DNA of 64,000 nt, from NCBI RefSeq assembly GCF_006345805.1, contig NC_043020.1, positions 4,092,001-4,156,000 on the forward strand, given 5' to 3'. How positions within the stretch are numbered: position 1 is the first letter of the stretch; each line of letters begins with the position of its first letter. Positions 1 through 11,783 of the stretch are shown here, in pieces. This DNA comes from Octopus sinensis (taxonomy: Eukaryota). The notes under the pieces were generated by a model. The model did no database searches. It was not told where the DNA came from and saw nothing but the letters and a program-made list of their open reading frames with translations. A program made the position numbers and the translations under genes.

Positions 1-603
1 AAGTGGAACATATGTAATGATGAATAAATAACACAAAAGAAATCTTCCAATTTCTTGTTTTGTTACATACATACACATACCTGTGTATGTGCACACTCGC
101 ACACCTTTGCTGTTGTTTCTTTCAGTTGGTCAAGCATGCGACCTGGGATTGCTCCAGGTAGATTTATGTCCATTTCTTCTTTTCCTTTAGGTCTTCTGTG
201 TGTGGACATGTGTTTCAATTGTTAAACTTGCTGGTTGTATTTGCTTGTAGCTGATGTTCTCTAGTGTTGAAGGTAGACCAAAGGGAGACACTCAGTTGAC
301 CGGGTGCTTGGACTTTCAGTCTGTCTTTGTGGCACCAGGATTCCAAGTGGTTTACATCAAGCTGATCTCACATCTAGAAAACAATTATGGTAATGTGTTT
401 GGGCCCTTTTACTTATCATATCGTTATTGCTTGTCCCTGGGTGGTTGGGATGAAGCAGATCTATGATCCTATGATCAAACTCTTTCCAACCAAGACCATC
501 CCGAATTTTCTTCAGGCATATTTCACCCATGATCACAACATCTAAAGTGTCCTTCTTTCCAATGACAGCAAAGTTATTTGAAGGATATTGGTATTTATTT
601 CTA

Positions 604-834
604 GGCGGCGAGCTGGCAGAATCGTTAGCACGCCGGGCGAAATGTTCAGCGGTATTTCGTCTACCATTACATTCTGAGTTCAAATTCCGCCGAGGTCAAC
701 TTTGCCTTTCATCCTTTTGGGGTCGATAAATTAAGTACCAGTTATGCACTGGGGTCAATGTAATCGACTTAATCCATTTGTCTGTCCTTGTTCGTGCCCT
801 CTGTGTTTGGCCCTTGTGGGTAGTAAAGAAATAA
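604..834 (+). mobile_element. tRNA-derived SINE, family A (Meta/Sauria-like central domain), full length with TSD
   Basis: Head GGCGGCGAGCTGGCAGAA, B-box GAGTTCAAATTCC, central GCCTTTCATCCTT..GGGGTCGATAAATTAAGTACCAG, tail CCCTTGTGGG..TAAAGAAATA. 14-bp TSD GTATTTATTTCTAG at 591-604 and 835-848. Several near-identical copies in the window. Confidence 0.85.
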
Positions 835-1109
835 GTATTTATTTCTAGTAAATCTACAAAAGGCTCCTTCATGTCCGTGTGTCTTTCCATCTCTAGATTT
901 CAAAGTTTCTCATAACTAATATCTTCAGTAGGACTGTGTTTCGCAAGGGAAATAATGTTTATAAACAAAATTCTGCCTTTAGATCGTTTTTTTTTCTTTT
1001 GGTTTTTGCTTTTAATTTAACAGACAAATCAATAAACATTGCAAAATCGAAAATGGGCCCCTTTTTTCCTTATTTCCCTGATTACGTTTCACATAATGCC
1101 AACTTCCCT

Positions 1110-1650
1110 TCATTGGACATTAAACTCTGCTTGCGAAGACCTGTTGAGGCAAGTGAAATCGAAATTGAACCAAATCCTATGACTGGCACCCGGCTGTTGC
1201 CAGTGCCGCTGGACTGACTCCTGTGCAGGTGGCAAGTAAAGAAACACCGTTTTGACCCTGTGCTTGAGGAGACCTATTGAGTCAAGTACATCAACATCAA
1301 AAATCAATGGAGATTGTAGTTGTGATCCCTGTGCCGGTGGCACATAAAAAGCACCATCCAAACGTGGCCAATGCCAGTGCCACCTTGACTGGTGTCCGTG
1401 CCGGTGGCATGTAAAAAGCACCAACCGATCGTGGCCATTGCCAGCCTCGCCTGGCACCTCTGCCGGTGGCATGTAAAAAGCACCCACTACTCTCACGGAG
1501 TGGTTGATGTTAGGAAGGGCATCCAGCTGTAGAAACATTGCCAAATCAGACTGGAGCCTGGTGCAGCCTTCTGGCTTCCCAGACCCTGGTCGAACCGTCC
1601 AACCCATGCTAGCATGGAAAACGGACCTTAAATGATGATGATGATGATAA
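1110..1650 (+). mobile_element. 5'-truncated RTE-clade LINE 3' UTR with (GAT)n tail
   Basis: Same sequence as the 3' UTR following the RTE ORF2 end at 56640-57990; ends AAACGGACCTTAAATGATGATGATG. Confidence 0.8.
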
Positions 1651-1902
1651 TGTTAGAATAGCCTTGTTTTATTTTTTAATTTATTTCCTCCAACTTGTTT
1701 TAGCTTCCAAAGTTAAGGTTAGCCAGCTTGAAGCAATAATTAACATATTTGTTTATTTTCTTTTGTTTCTCCTTTAATATTACTTAGCAATCAATGTTAG
1801 AGGACCATGCTGGGGCAATAGTCTTAGTTTGAGAAATTGGAAAAAAATGAACACTGCAACATGAAAATAAAAAGTGAAATAAAGCTTTTCTCATGTACAA
1901 AC

Positions 1903-2049
1903 CATATCATCATCTTCTGAGAGGCCAAGTGCAATATAAGATCGATCATTTGTAACTTTCAAGTTGAACTCAAAATTTATGGTTTTGGAGGCCTCATCCA
2001 TTTCCCAAGAAACTTGGCACTCAAATTTTTCACTGCATTTCCATGAATT
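1903..2049 (-). CDS. FRRS1: Exon encoding DOMON domain N-terminus of FRRS1-like protein
   Basis: NSWKCSEKFECQVSWEMDEASKTINFEFNLKVTNDRSYIALGLSEDDDM; the YIALGLSxDxxM motif is typical of DOMON. Donor ATG|GTTTGT at 1902. The 5' boundary is uncertain: phase-0 acceptor GAAG at 2050 or TATAG at 2112. Confidence 0.7.
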
Positions 2050-2703
2050 CTTCACAAGAGGAGAACAAATTAAAATGGTGTGAGATAGAACAATTAGTTT
2101 CATTAACAAAACTATACAAACATAAAAAAAAAATTATAATCAACAAAAAAAAAAATAAACAAAAATGGAATGGCTTCTATGTGGCTGTTTAATCAGTTAA
2201 GAATAGCAGCCAGTCTCTCTCAAAACCACACCCTCCCATCTTGCGAAAATGATACATTGAATAATATAGTCTTAGGTACACTATGTCAAAAACAAAATAG
2301 TGAGAGATAAAATGGGATGGTTACAGGATAGAACCTTTTTGATAATAGGATTGCTGGTTAAGAGTAGACCAGCACTTAACCACCACCACCACCACCTACA
2401 CCAGCCATGGCAGCAGTGGTGGTGGTAGTGGTGATAGTGGTGGTGGTGGTGGTAGAAGTGGTTTTTATGGTGGTGGTGGTGATGGTTTTTACAGCTAAAT
2501 GCCCTTCCTATTGCCGACCTATTTAGTCCCCTCTCATCACACATAGACATATGCTGTGCCTTGTTCTAAAATCAGGCAACACAGCAAGAAGAGGCAGAGC
2601 AATGGTTACAAATGCATTCTACTATCAAGCTACATGCCTTTCTGTTCTGAGTTCAAATCCAGTTGAGTATATCTTTGCTGTTTATGTTCTTTCCTCTCTT
2701 TAA

Positions 2704-2934
2704 GGCGGCGAGCTGGCACAAACGTTAGCATGCCAGGCGAAATGCGTAGCCGTATTTCGTCTGCCGTTACATTCTGAGTTCGAATTCCACCAAGGTCAAC
2801 TTTGCCTTTCATCCTTTCGGGGTTGATAAATTAAGTACCAGTTTCACACTGGAGTCAATGTAATCGACTTAATACCTATGTCTATCTTTGTTTGTCCCCT
2901 CTATGTTTAGCCCCTCATGGGCAATAAAGAAATA
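2704..2934 (+). mobile_element. tRNA-derived SINE family A with TSD
   Basis: Same consensus as 604-834; 15-bp TSD GTT(C/A)TTTCCTCTCTT at 2686-2700 and 2935-2949. Confidence 0.85.
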
Positions 2935-3428
2935 GTTATTTCCTCTCTTGGGGTGATCTATTTGTCTTTCGGGCATCAGCAATCCTACACATCTCTGCCA
3001 AAATCTGAAGAGGCACAAGTATGGCTGTTTGGTTAAGACAAGTACTTGCTCGCAGTCTCTAGTTCAATCCCAACGCACGGCCAACACACAGTACTTGGGC
3101 AAATGTCTTGTAATATACTTTCAGGTCAACCCAAGCCTTGTGAATAGATTTGGTAGACAAGAGCGGAAAGATACCAGTCGTATGTGTGTGTAGATGCACA
3201 TGTACATGTTACTGTCTGTTTACACATGTACTCTTCCCAAAATCACTAACAACAAGTGGTAATGTTGTTGCCATAATTTAATTCAAAGACTTTTAGAAAT
3301 ATTTTAATTGGAAGATCTAAATTAATTTGTTGAAATTTTTGAAAAAATAATAAATAATAAATAAAAATAATAAATAATAAATAAAATAATAAATAAAATT
3401 AAATCAATAAGAAAATTTGAGTTCTTAC

Positions 3429-3470
3429 TCTGCTTTTTCCTGGAACACTGGTGGGGGTTACTGGCATACC
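3429..3470 (-). CDS. Candidate 42-nt linker micro-exon of FRRS1-like gene (GMPVTPTSVPGKSR)
   Basis: Acceptor TTGCTTTCCAAAG, donor AGA|GTAAGA, phase 0-0 fits between the Reeler-end exon and the DOMON exon; Pro/Thr-rich like a linker. Could be chance. Confidence 0.3.
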
Positions 3471-3626
3471 CTTTGGAAAGCAAGCATAAACCATGAAGAG
3501 TTGTAAGAGTCAGGTGCCCCAAAGAGGGAAATAATTGAAGAAAAATAAACAAATTGAGGACGTTTATGAAATGACTGCATCAAAACCAACAGTTTGTTGA
3601 TTATAAATTGATATTTTAATCATTGA

Positions 3627-4340
3627 AAATAACAAATCCCTTTTTTGCAAAACCCTTAACACTTGAACCACTGCAAGCAATATATTCCAGAAAGTGGATC
3701 AATTCTTTAACAAACATGGTATAAAATGTTGGCATGTGTACCTATGGTGCCACAGCAATGCTTGCTTGCCACTCTGGCTTTCAGACAATGGTGAAGGTAA
3801 TGCAATCGGTATGCATTGTTGGTTAAAACAATGCCTGACCATTTGAAGAATGTGGTCAAAGTGGTAAATTTAATCAAAGCCAATTCATGTCTTTTTGCTG
3901 ACTTGTGCAAGGACAAAGGTTCCAATTTTGAAATGTTTTTACTGTACTCTCATGTAAGGTGCTTATCCAAGGGGAGAGTATTGAAAAGAGACTTCATTCT
4001 ACAAAAATAGATCCACGAATTTCTTTGTGGTGCTAAAAAAGAACTTCACAGACAATTCTCCAGTACTCAGTTCCTTATATGTCTCTCCTTTTGGGTCACC
4101 ATTTTTGAATCAGTTAATTCTGTTAACTTAGCACTACAAGGAGAGGACATCACCACTGTCCCCTGCCATGAAAAAAATGACTGCACTTAAAAAGAAGCTC
4201 CATTTGTGGAATTCTAAATTGGAATGTGAGAATTTTGCACCATTTCTGAACCTTAATGCTTTCCAAATTGAGGACGTTTATGAAATGACTGCATCAAAAC
4301 CAACAGTTTGTTGATTATACATTGATATTTTAATAATTGA
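3627..4340 (+). mobile_element. Decayed hAT (ZBED8/GTF2IRD2-like) transposase fragment
   Basis: Translations LKNVVKVVNLIKANS.LFADLCKD..FEMFLLYSHVRCLSKGRVLKR and TASNIFQKVDQFF; frameshifts and stops. Confidence 0.7.
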
Positions 4341-4926
4341 TTATTAAGTAATGACTTGTTAATTCAAGTCAAACTTGAAAACTTAGATTTTCGGGAAAAA
4401 CAAAGATAAAAACAATACTTATAGATTTTGTCGATTGATTCTGTAAATGGAACAATGAAAATATGGAAGACTTTTCTAAAATTTAACATCTTTATAATCG
4501 TTCTTCTCTAAATTTCTTTGATTAAGATTTACTTCTGGGTTAGAAACTAATTCTGATACTCAGATTTCAAAGGATTAAAAAAAAAATGAAATAAAGAAAC
4601 CTACACACATACAGTCATACATGCATACCTACATACATACACTGAGACATGAATAGATATACACATGCATGCATAGTTAAATACATACATGCATAGATAT
4701 ACACATGCAGTAATGTATGCATGTATAGATGCATACATAGATGCATGCATGGATATATAGATAAATGCATACATTCACACATTTACATATATACCTTCAC
4801 ACACACACATACATATACATACATGCATAGATATATATTATACACATGTACAAACACACACACACACATACATGCCGTTAGTAAACTAAAAATTTAAGGG
4901 TCAACTTGTGCCAAACTTCAACAAAA

Positions 4927-5405
4927 TTGCCATATTCTGAACGCCTTACTTCCCTGGGCACGGACACATTGAAACTCCGACATCTGGCAGCTGACTTGGC
5001 AGACACCCATGAAATTATTAACCATCTTACTAACAATAACTCTGAGCACCTTTTCAAACTCCACCTGTCTAACACCCGTGGACATGTTTACAAAGTCAGA
5101 AAACAGCACAGCTCCCATGACTTTCGGAAACATTTTTTCACGCTGAGAGTTGCTGAAGCATGGAACAGACTGCCGGCATCATTGTTAGTTGTCGGAGCAC
5201 TGCATCCTTCAAAACTTCCATGCTTCCTGAGATTCGCCAACACTACACCTGATTTTCTCCCTTCTATACACACACAAGCATGTATCTGACTCATACACTG
5301 TTCACTTCCCAGACATTTGTACATTACTGCATATGCTTTATATGCACTTTTGACAAGTTGTGGTGCACCTGAGCACTGTATACAATAATTTCATAATTAT
5401 CATTA
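4927..5405 (+). mobile_element. CR1-like LINE 3' fragment
   Basis: Near-identical to 25000-25478; LPYSERLTSLGTDTLKLR...HFFTLRVAEAWNRLP; tail TTTCATAATTATCATTATT. Confidence 0.85.
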
Positions 5406-5675
5406 TTATATAAAATCAATCAGTTAATGATGATCAGAAATCAATCAGATTGAATCATTGTGATTAAAACATAAAGATAAGGTAAACCACAACCCTTTTC
5501 TCCACCATTTTAAGGTCATTAATATGCTGGCAAGTTTGATGTTGATCCCTAATGACATGATAAGTGAACTGGGGGGGGGGGTCAGTAGGGAGGCACTGAG
5601 AAACATTGTCTTACTTCATTCATTCAGAAGTCGAGGAATAAAATACAAAATAAAACAGAAAAACAGAATACTTAC

Positions 5676-5745
5676 AGTAGGTGTTGGAAGAAGAGGGGTT
5701 TTCAGATTGGCCCAGAAAACTGAATATGATTCGACAAATGAAGAT
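5676..5745 (-). CDS. FRRS1: Exon: Reeler domain C-terminus of FRRS1-like protein
   Basis: TTTCCAG acceptor, GTAAGT donor; (K)SSFVESYSVFWANLKTPLLPTPT matches the Reeler C-terminal xVxxYxxFW motif; the phase-2 start completes AA|A from exon 7144-7244. Confidence 0.85.
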
Positions 5746-6229
5746 CTGGAAAGACAAAAGATAACGGGGGGGGGGTTTAGAAAAAATGAGTTCCATACAA
5801 AATCTAAAGTAAAAAATATATACTACAGGTAAGATAGATAGGTATGTATGTATGTATGTATGTATGTATGTACGTATGTGTGTGTACATACAGATATACT
5901 CACACACACACATATATATATAGGTAAGCATGTAAAATGCCTCAGGTTATCTGAGGGTTGCTTACTCCTCCTTCATTCAGGGTCCATATCCTGTTGGATA
6001 CGGACGTTGTGTCTCTTTTACTTACATCCCAGATACTGTGTATAGCTTTCCTTAAACAAGTTACCTGTCATTCCGAAATAAATAAATAAATACATATATT
6101 TTATTTATTTATTTATTTATGCACCCTTTTCAAGCCTAGCCCTGCTCATGGGCCCGGTTTCCCAGTTTCTGTGGCAGCATTACTCAAGGAACAGGAAGAA
6201 AGATTAAGAGAAAGTTGGGGTGAATGAGT

Positions 6230-6329
6230 NNNNNNNNNNNNNNNNNNNNNNNNNNNNNNNNNNNNNNNNNNNNNNNNNNNNNNNNNNNNNNNNNNNNNNN
6301 NNNNNNNNNNNNNNNNNNNNNNNNNNNNN
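6230..6329. other. Assembly gap (100 N)
   Basis: Run of 100 n; lies in the intron between two in-frame Reeler exons. Confidence 0.99.
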
Positions 6330-6910
6330 ATATATATATATATATATATGTATGTTTATATGATGCACCCTACACGTATGTATGTGTGTGTTTGTGTGTG
6401 CATGCGTGTTTGTTTATGTATCTAAATGTATGCATGTCATCTAATTCAAAAAGTCAAACACACACACACACACACACAGATTTCTTTTGTCATTTTACAT
6501 TCATTTTCCATGTTAACATAGGTTAGACATAAGCATATTAAGGCATTGTTTCACAGCTGGGTACCATTACTGCCACTAACATTAGCCTAGTTATCAAATA
6601 AGAGATCTTTTCCCATTCCTGAAGTCTTCCGAAGCGCAGAACTAAGAAACAACTTGTTGACAGAATATCAACAAAGCTCATGATTTCTAACTCAGGGATA
6701 TTTTCTTGTGACCACAGAATGTAAACAGTGACAAACACACACACACACGTGATAGGTGTTGGAACATTTTGTCAGCCAAATTTACTCAGTAGAGAAAGGC
6801 CAGCCCAGGGCTACAGTTGTAGAGCTTTCCCTGAGTTGTCATGCAGTGAGACTGAACCTGAAATCAATGCTTACAAAGTGAACTTTTCAACTGCACAACC
6901 ACATCTGCTC

Positions 6911-6945
<35 letters not shown>

Positions 6946-7143
6946 TGTGTGTGTGCATGTGCATGTGTGTGACTGTGTGTGAATGTGTGTGCGTGTGTGC
7001 ACACATGCCTTTATTTGTGTGTTTTGTCCACCCGATAGATAAAACAAGTAGCAAATGGAGAGACAAGTAGAGAGAAAGAGACGAAAGAGAAGGTTTTAAG
7101 GAGAGACCAATAAAAAAGATAAAAGGTTGTGGTGGTTACTTAC

Positions 7144-7244
7144 TTGAAATGTAGGCCAGGAGGAATATCCATTGGTGATGTCCAATTGAAAGATAAACTG
7201 CTTTTTTCAGAACTTGTTGAATGAGTGAGGGCAGAATTGGGTTT
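7144..7244 (-). CDS. FRRS1: Exon: Reeler domain of FRRS1-like protein
   Basis: CTCTTTTCCAG acceptor, GTAAGT donor; KPNSALTHSTSSEKSSLSFNWTSPMDIPPGLHF matches the Reeler LTH...K......WxxP motif; 101 nt, phase 0-2. Confidence 0.9.
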
Positions 7245-7592
7245 CTGGAAAAGAGAAAAAATAGATTAACAGAATAAACCAGTGATGGCCATCTAGTTGA
7301 TAAATGGCAAATGTCAACCCTGACTGTGACCCTTCCTGCAACCATCATGTAGCTAGCATTACCTCATCATGATTTTCTTTCTTTTGTTTTAATTGAATTG
7401 TGTTTTTTTTTATTTAATTGTAACATTTAAATACAAATGAACAAAAAACAGAAAAAGGGAAAAAAAGAAAAAGTGTGGAGTGTTAAACAGCTGAAGAGGG
7501 AAAGGGAGAGGGCAATTGGCCACCCCCACCCCCCAAAACAAATGGTATACTCAGCCACATGCCAAAGTCATGACCATGGCACCACAGAATGA

Positions 7593-7847
7593 CTAGTGAC
7601 ACTCACTGCAGCAGCCACTCCACTTCACAAGGCCCTCTGTTATTTTGATTTTGCAGAGGAAATTAACAGTGTGGTGTTGAAGAACACTTGAGGTCTTGAC
7701 AGCTACCGGCACAAACTGAGAGCAGCCAATGTGGGCCTTGAATTTGCTTATTGTCCTCTCTTCCGCATTACAGGTGGTGATACTCAGGTTTACAGCTGAT
7801 GCAGCAAGGTAGGAACCAAAGAATGTGTCACTGAATTCCATGTCCAA
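7593..7847 (-). mobile_element. CRE-like non-LTR retrotransposon C-terminal (REL endonuclease) remnant
   Basis: DTFFGSYLAASAVN...NAEERTISKF...QFVPVAVKTSSVL resembles the CRE-clade DT...SY...AE..K..KY...FVP.AVET.G motif. Confidence 0.55.
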
Positions 7848-7968
7848 GACTAGGGATCTGCCTCCTTCATATGGGAAGAGGGTTTTCTCTTGGGGTGTTC
7901 ACCATCCCTGTGGTCAAGACCTACTAACTCCTACTAACAGAGATTACTGCAAAATGTTAGAATCTTAC

Positions 7969-8096
7969 CAAACAACTGGACACTGCTGTTGTGTTCGGCA
8001 CAGCTGTAAAAGTGCCGTAGTTTTCATTGCTGTTATCTATTCGAGCCGCAATAACAAATCCTTTGAAAATTCTTCCTGCCGTCCCTTTGACTGTAA
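7969..8096 (-). CDS. FRRS1: Exon: Reeler domain core of FRRS1-like protein
   Basis: TCTCTTCAG acceptor, GTAAGA donor; (V)TVKGTAGRIFKGFVIAARIDNSNENYGTFTAVPNTTAVSSCL contains the Reeler FKGF.I.AR...G.F motif; 128 nt, phase 1-0. Confidence 0.9.
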
Positions 8097-8129
8097 CTGA
8101 AGAGACACGTTTCAAATAATAATAATAAT

Positions 8130-10320
8130 AATGATAAAAATAATAATGCTTTCATTTATTTGCTACAAGGGTGAAGGATGAGGGGGAGGGGTGCAATACA
8201 AAGACAGAGATAAAGTGTTGGGGTTCACATATAATGAAATGATTATCAAAAAAAAAAAATAGTATACATGGTAGACACTGAAAAAGAATGGACATATACA
8301 TCATCATCATCATCATCATCATACATTCTCAGAGTGGTTGGCGTTAGGAAGGGCATCCAGCTGTAGAAACTCTGCGGCGAGCTGACAGAAACGTTAGTGT
8401 GCCGGGCGAAATGCTTAGCAGTATTTCGTCTGCGTTACGTTCTGAGTTCAAATTCCGCCAAGGTCGACTTTGCTTTTCATCCTTTCAGGGTCGATAAATT
8501 AAGTACCAGTTACGCACTGGGGTCGATGTAATCGACTTAATACCTATGTCTGTCCTTGTTTGTTCCCTCTGTGTTTAGCCCCTTGTGGGTAATAAAGAAA
8601 TAGGTAACGATCACGCTCAAATGGTGCCCTTTTACATACATAGTATATAAAGGATTTTAAAAAAAAACAGGACAAGGATGATAGAGATGTAGCTCTCCTG
8701 ATACAGGAAGACCCCTAGGGATAATCAAGGAACCCCACTCTCTGAGATCTCCCTGAACACCAAGAGCAAGTGCTCTCTGTAATTGCTTCTCTCCAATGTA
8801 CAGGTTTACACTTACAGAGGTACCATCCACTCTTGCCATTTTGGCAACTTTTATCCACTCAAGGACAATGCTTCCCTCTCCACTCTCAGTTTCCTTTTCA
8901 AATGAAATTTGAAGAAGTGAATAAGAGCTCTGCCAAAGACGAAAGTGTCTGTCCTCATGCCTTTCAGCCTTGTCCACCAAACAACCTCTTTCACCACAGC
9001 GACCAGGCAAAGGAAACACTGCCTTGCTTGCTCGACAGAAGGAGAGTGGCAGGGCAATTGTCACTGCAGACTCAACTGACAGATGGATTCACCCAACAAG
9101 TGACAGCAACAGTTCGACATAAACCCAGAAATCAGCAATGCCAGGACACTGAAAGAGTGTGTGCAGAATGGTTTCATCACATCTGACAGCACATCCATGC
9201 TTGTAGAGCTTATCACAAACCAGTAGCACCTTCTGGTAGCACTGATGGGCCAAGGACATTTGGAAATTATCCATGATAGTTCCTGACTGGAAAATCCTCC
9301 ACAACAGACTAGTGAGTTCCTTTTTGTCAGTGTCCAGAGTTTCCCTTGCCACTAATCCTCTATAAATTTCTAAAGTGGGACATCCACTGATCCCATTCCT
9401 CATCTTGTAGAGGGTTGTGAGTGCCTGACAACATTCGAGGGGCCAGGCCCTCGGTCTTGGTCTTTTCTTCACCCAGGACTGCAGCTCCATCAAGGAGATG
9501 AGCTGCAGAAAGACAAGCCTCGCAAATGGAGCCCACACATGCTCACCATCCAAAAATCGTTGCAGGTGGCATAACCTAAGAGCATGTCTGCACATTTAGA
9601 GCCACAGTAGACATAATCTGCTATTCCCAGAATGCTGGCAACAGAGTGATAACCTGACCATTGGAACACGTCCCTTCCATAAGAATTTAAATAAGAAACT
9701 CTCCAACCTGGTCAAGCAGTAATTGGGACAAGGCATGATGGTCAGGTGATAAATGATAATGGAGGGAATGTAGGTATTCAACACCTTTGCCTGACCTTTC
9801 ATGGAGAGTTTCTTCTCAGCTCATTTTTGGGTAAGACTAGCCACCCTGTTCACCACCTCATCCCAGTTCTTATCAACCTGAAGGTCAGGACCAAACCAGG
9901 CCCCAAGCAGTTTAACAAGTCCATCAGTCCAGCATCCAATGATGCTGTCTGATGACATAGTCCTGCCTCTTCTGGAGCCCAACCACAAATCCATCAATCT
10001 GTTGGCATAGATTTTAGCCCCTGCAACCAACCCATATTCCTTTAGGATAGGAGCAACCATCCCCACTCCCAATGCATTGTCCACATATGCTGACATTACC
10101 TTTCTTTGTCCCAGTTCAATAGGGAAGTCCCTTAGCTGTTCCAACTTCCACAGCAGTGGCTCAAGTGCCAATACATACAGAAGCGGCAACAGCAAGCAGC
10201 CCTGATGGACTGAGCATGTGATGCCAAATGGCTCCAATAAGGGACCATTTACTTTGACCACTGAACAGGTGTTGCTGTGCTTTTCAGTGATCCAGCCTCT
10301 AAAAACTGCCTAACTTGTTT
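8130..10320 (-). mobile_element. Decayed Tx1/L1-like LINE (RT, zf-RVT-like region, 3' UTR, (ATT)n tail)
   Basis: VHQGCLLLPLLYVLALEPLL...SAYVDN (RT) and RCDETILHTLFQCP (zinc-binding region); multiple stops; interrupted at about 8300-8640 by an RTE tail and a SINE. Confidence 0.75.
8374..8602 (+). mobile_element. tRNA-derived SINE family A nested in an RTE tail fragment
   Basis: Same consensus as 604-834. Confidence 0.8.
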
Positions 10321-10469
10321 AACAATGTTTCCCACAGAATTCAACTAAAAAAACAAAATATCTGCAATAGTAACACTCTTGTAATCCCAGTTGTCCCCTA
10401 CAGTCCAACCCATGCTAGCATGGAAAGTGGACGTTAAACGAATGATGATGATAATGATGAGTTGCAACA

Positions 10470-10740
10470 GCATAGATTGGGACATTAATGAAATAAGGAA
10501 ATCAAGAAACTTCTGAAAAGCAGATGTGGATCACCACTATCTCCCTAAATAAAGTGGAAATAGAGGACTGCTCCAGCTTGGGCTGTCATGCAAAATATCA
10601 ACCATTGGTCTCAAACAATACCTTAAAACTACAGATGACTGGATGCTGAAAATTGTGCAAAACATGAAAGGAAAAAAACTCTGCATTCAATAACAAGAAA
10701 GTTTCAAGACGAATCGGGAATACGTATTCCAAACCTTATA
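10470..10740 (+). mobile_element. R4/NeSL-like retrotransposon remnant
   Basis: Degenerate DVD..YLP...G.RGLLQL and LKTTDDWMLKIV motifs, similar in type to the element at 59150-60190. Confidence 0.5.
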
Positions 10741-11179
10741 AATTATGGTGATTCAAGGTTGCAAAATATTGGCAAAAATTGAAGGTCAATGGAAGCTGTG
10801 CACTGAATGGGAGCCAAAACCATTGCACTGGCAGTATGTCCATCTTAGTAAAGAGCCTGTGGGGGCAACAGAATGGTAAAGTAATGGGAAAGGAAATAAG
10901 AGAGGAAATCTTCCAAAGATCTCTAAACTGCTTGGATCAAATGGTGAAACAGTTAACTTCTAGTGACAGCAAATGTGCTGGGATTAACTACACCTGACAG
11001 AATCCCCTAGAACTGGTTACCTGTTACTGACGGCAAAAGAGCCTTGGTCATCTTCTTGTTAGAATCCATGTATCACTGATGACAACAAACCAGTGATGAG
11101 GATTCACCCCCACCAACATCACAGGACTATTTTCCTTCCTTTCACTAACCTAAGAATGCAGCAAAAACAGGATGCTCAC

Positions 11180-11720
11180 AAAAGCACACATCATCATCAT
11201 CATCATCGTTTAACGTCCGCTTTCCATGCTAGCATGGGTTGGACGATTTTGACTGAGGACTGGTGAACCAGATGGCTGCACCAGGCTCCAATCTTGATCT
11301 GGCAGACTTTCTACAGTTGGATGCTCTTCCTAACGCCAACCACTCCGAAAGTGTAGTGGGTGCTTTTTACGTGCCATCGGCACGGGGGCCAGTCAGGCAG
11401 TACTGGCAATGACCTCACTTGAATCCTTTTACACATTCCACTGGCACAGGTGCCAGTAAGGCGACGTTGGTAACAATCACACTCGAATGGTGCCCTTTTA
11501 CATACCACCGGCATGGAAGGCAGTTGGCTGCTCTGGCAACGATCACGCTTGGATGGTGCTCTTAGCACCCTACTAGCACGGATGCCAGTCATCGAAAGTG
11601 ATATTGATTTCACTTGCCTCAACAGGTCTTCGTAAGCAGAGTTTAGGGATGAAAGAAGGAAAAGGTACACACAAGCAGGCTGGTTACGTTCCTGGCATAG
11701 GCCACAGGTTATGGTCTCAT
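11180..11720 (-). mobile_element. RTE LINE 3' UTR copy
   Basis: (CAT)n-CGTTTAACGTCCGCTTTCCATGCTAGCATGGG on + strand; reverse of 1110-1650. Confidence 0.8.
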
Positions 11721-11783
11721 ACATACCTGTATTAATTGAAATAGAAACTAAAAAACTAAACCAATAAAAGAAATTTGACATAC

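Noticed and set aside
80-380. Possible next exon of the FRRS1-like gene or + strand mini-exons
   Set aside because: All three minus frames stop shortly after the best acceptor and there is no DOMON or b561 similarity; + strand AG/GT pairs give no recognisable peptide.
604-700. tRNA gene
   Set aside because: A/B-box-like head continues into a SINE body; no cloverleaf, and multiple copies have TSDs.
1320-1490. Regularly spaced GTGCCGGTGGCA(C/T)(A/G)TAAAAAGCACC repeats resembling a CRISPR array
   Set aside because: They are internal sub-repeats of the RTE 3' UTR, recur in every copy, the spacers are related to each other, and the context is eukaryotic with no cas genes.
2281-2550. His/Thr-rich ORF as a mucin-like linker exon
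   Set aside because: (CAC/GGT)n simple repeat adjacent to an RTE fragment; no convincing splice sites.
11311-11783. C-terminal part of the 234-aa ORF
   Set aside because: Read-through past the GTATGT donor into intron and RTE 3' UTR; only 11784-11997 is exon.
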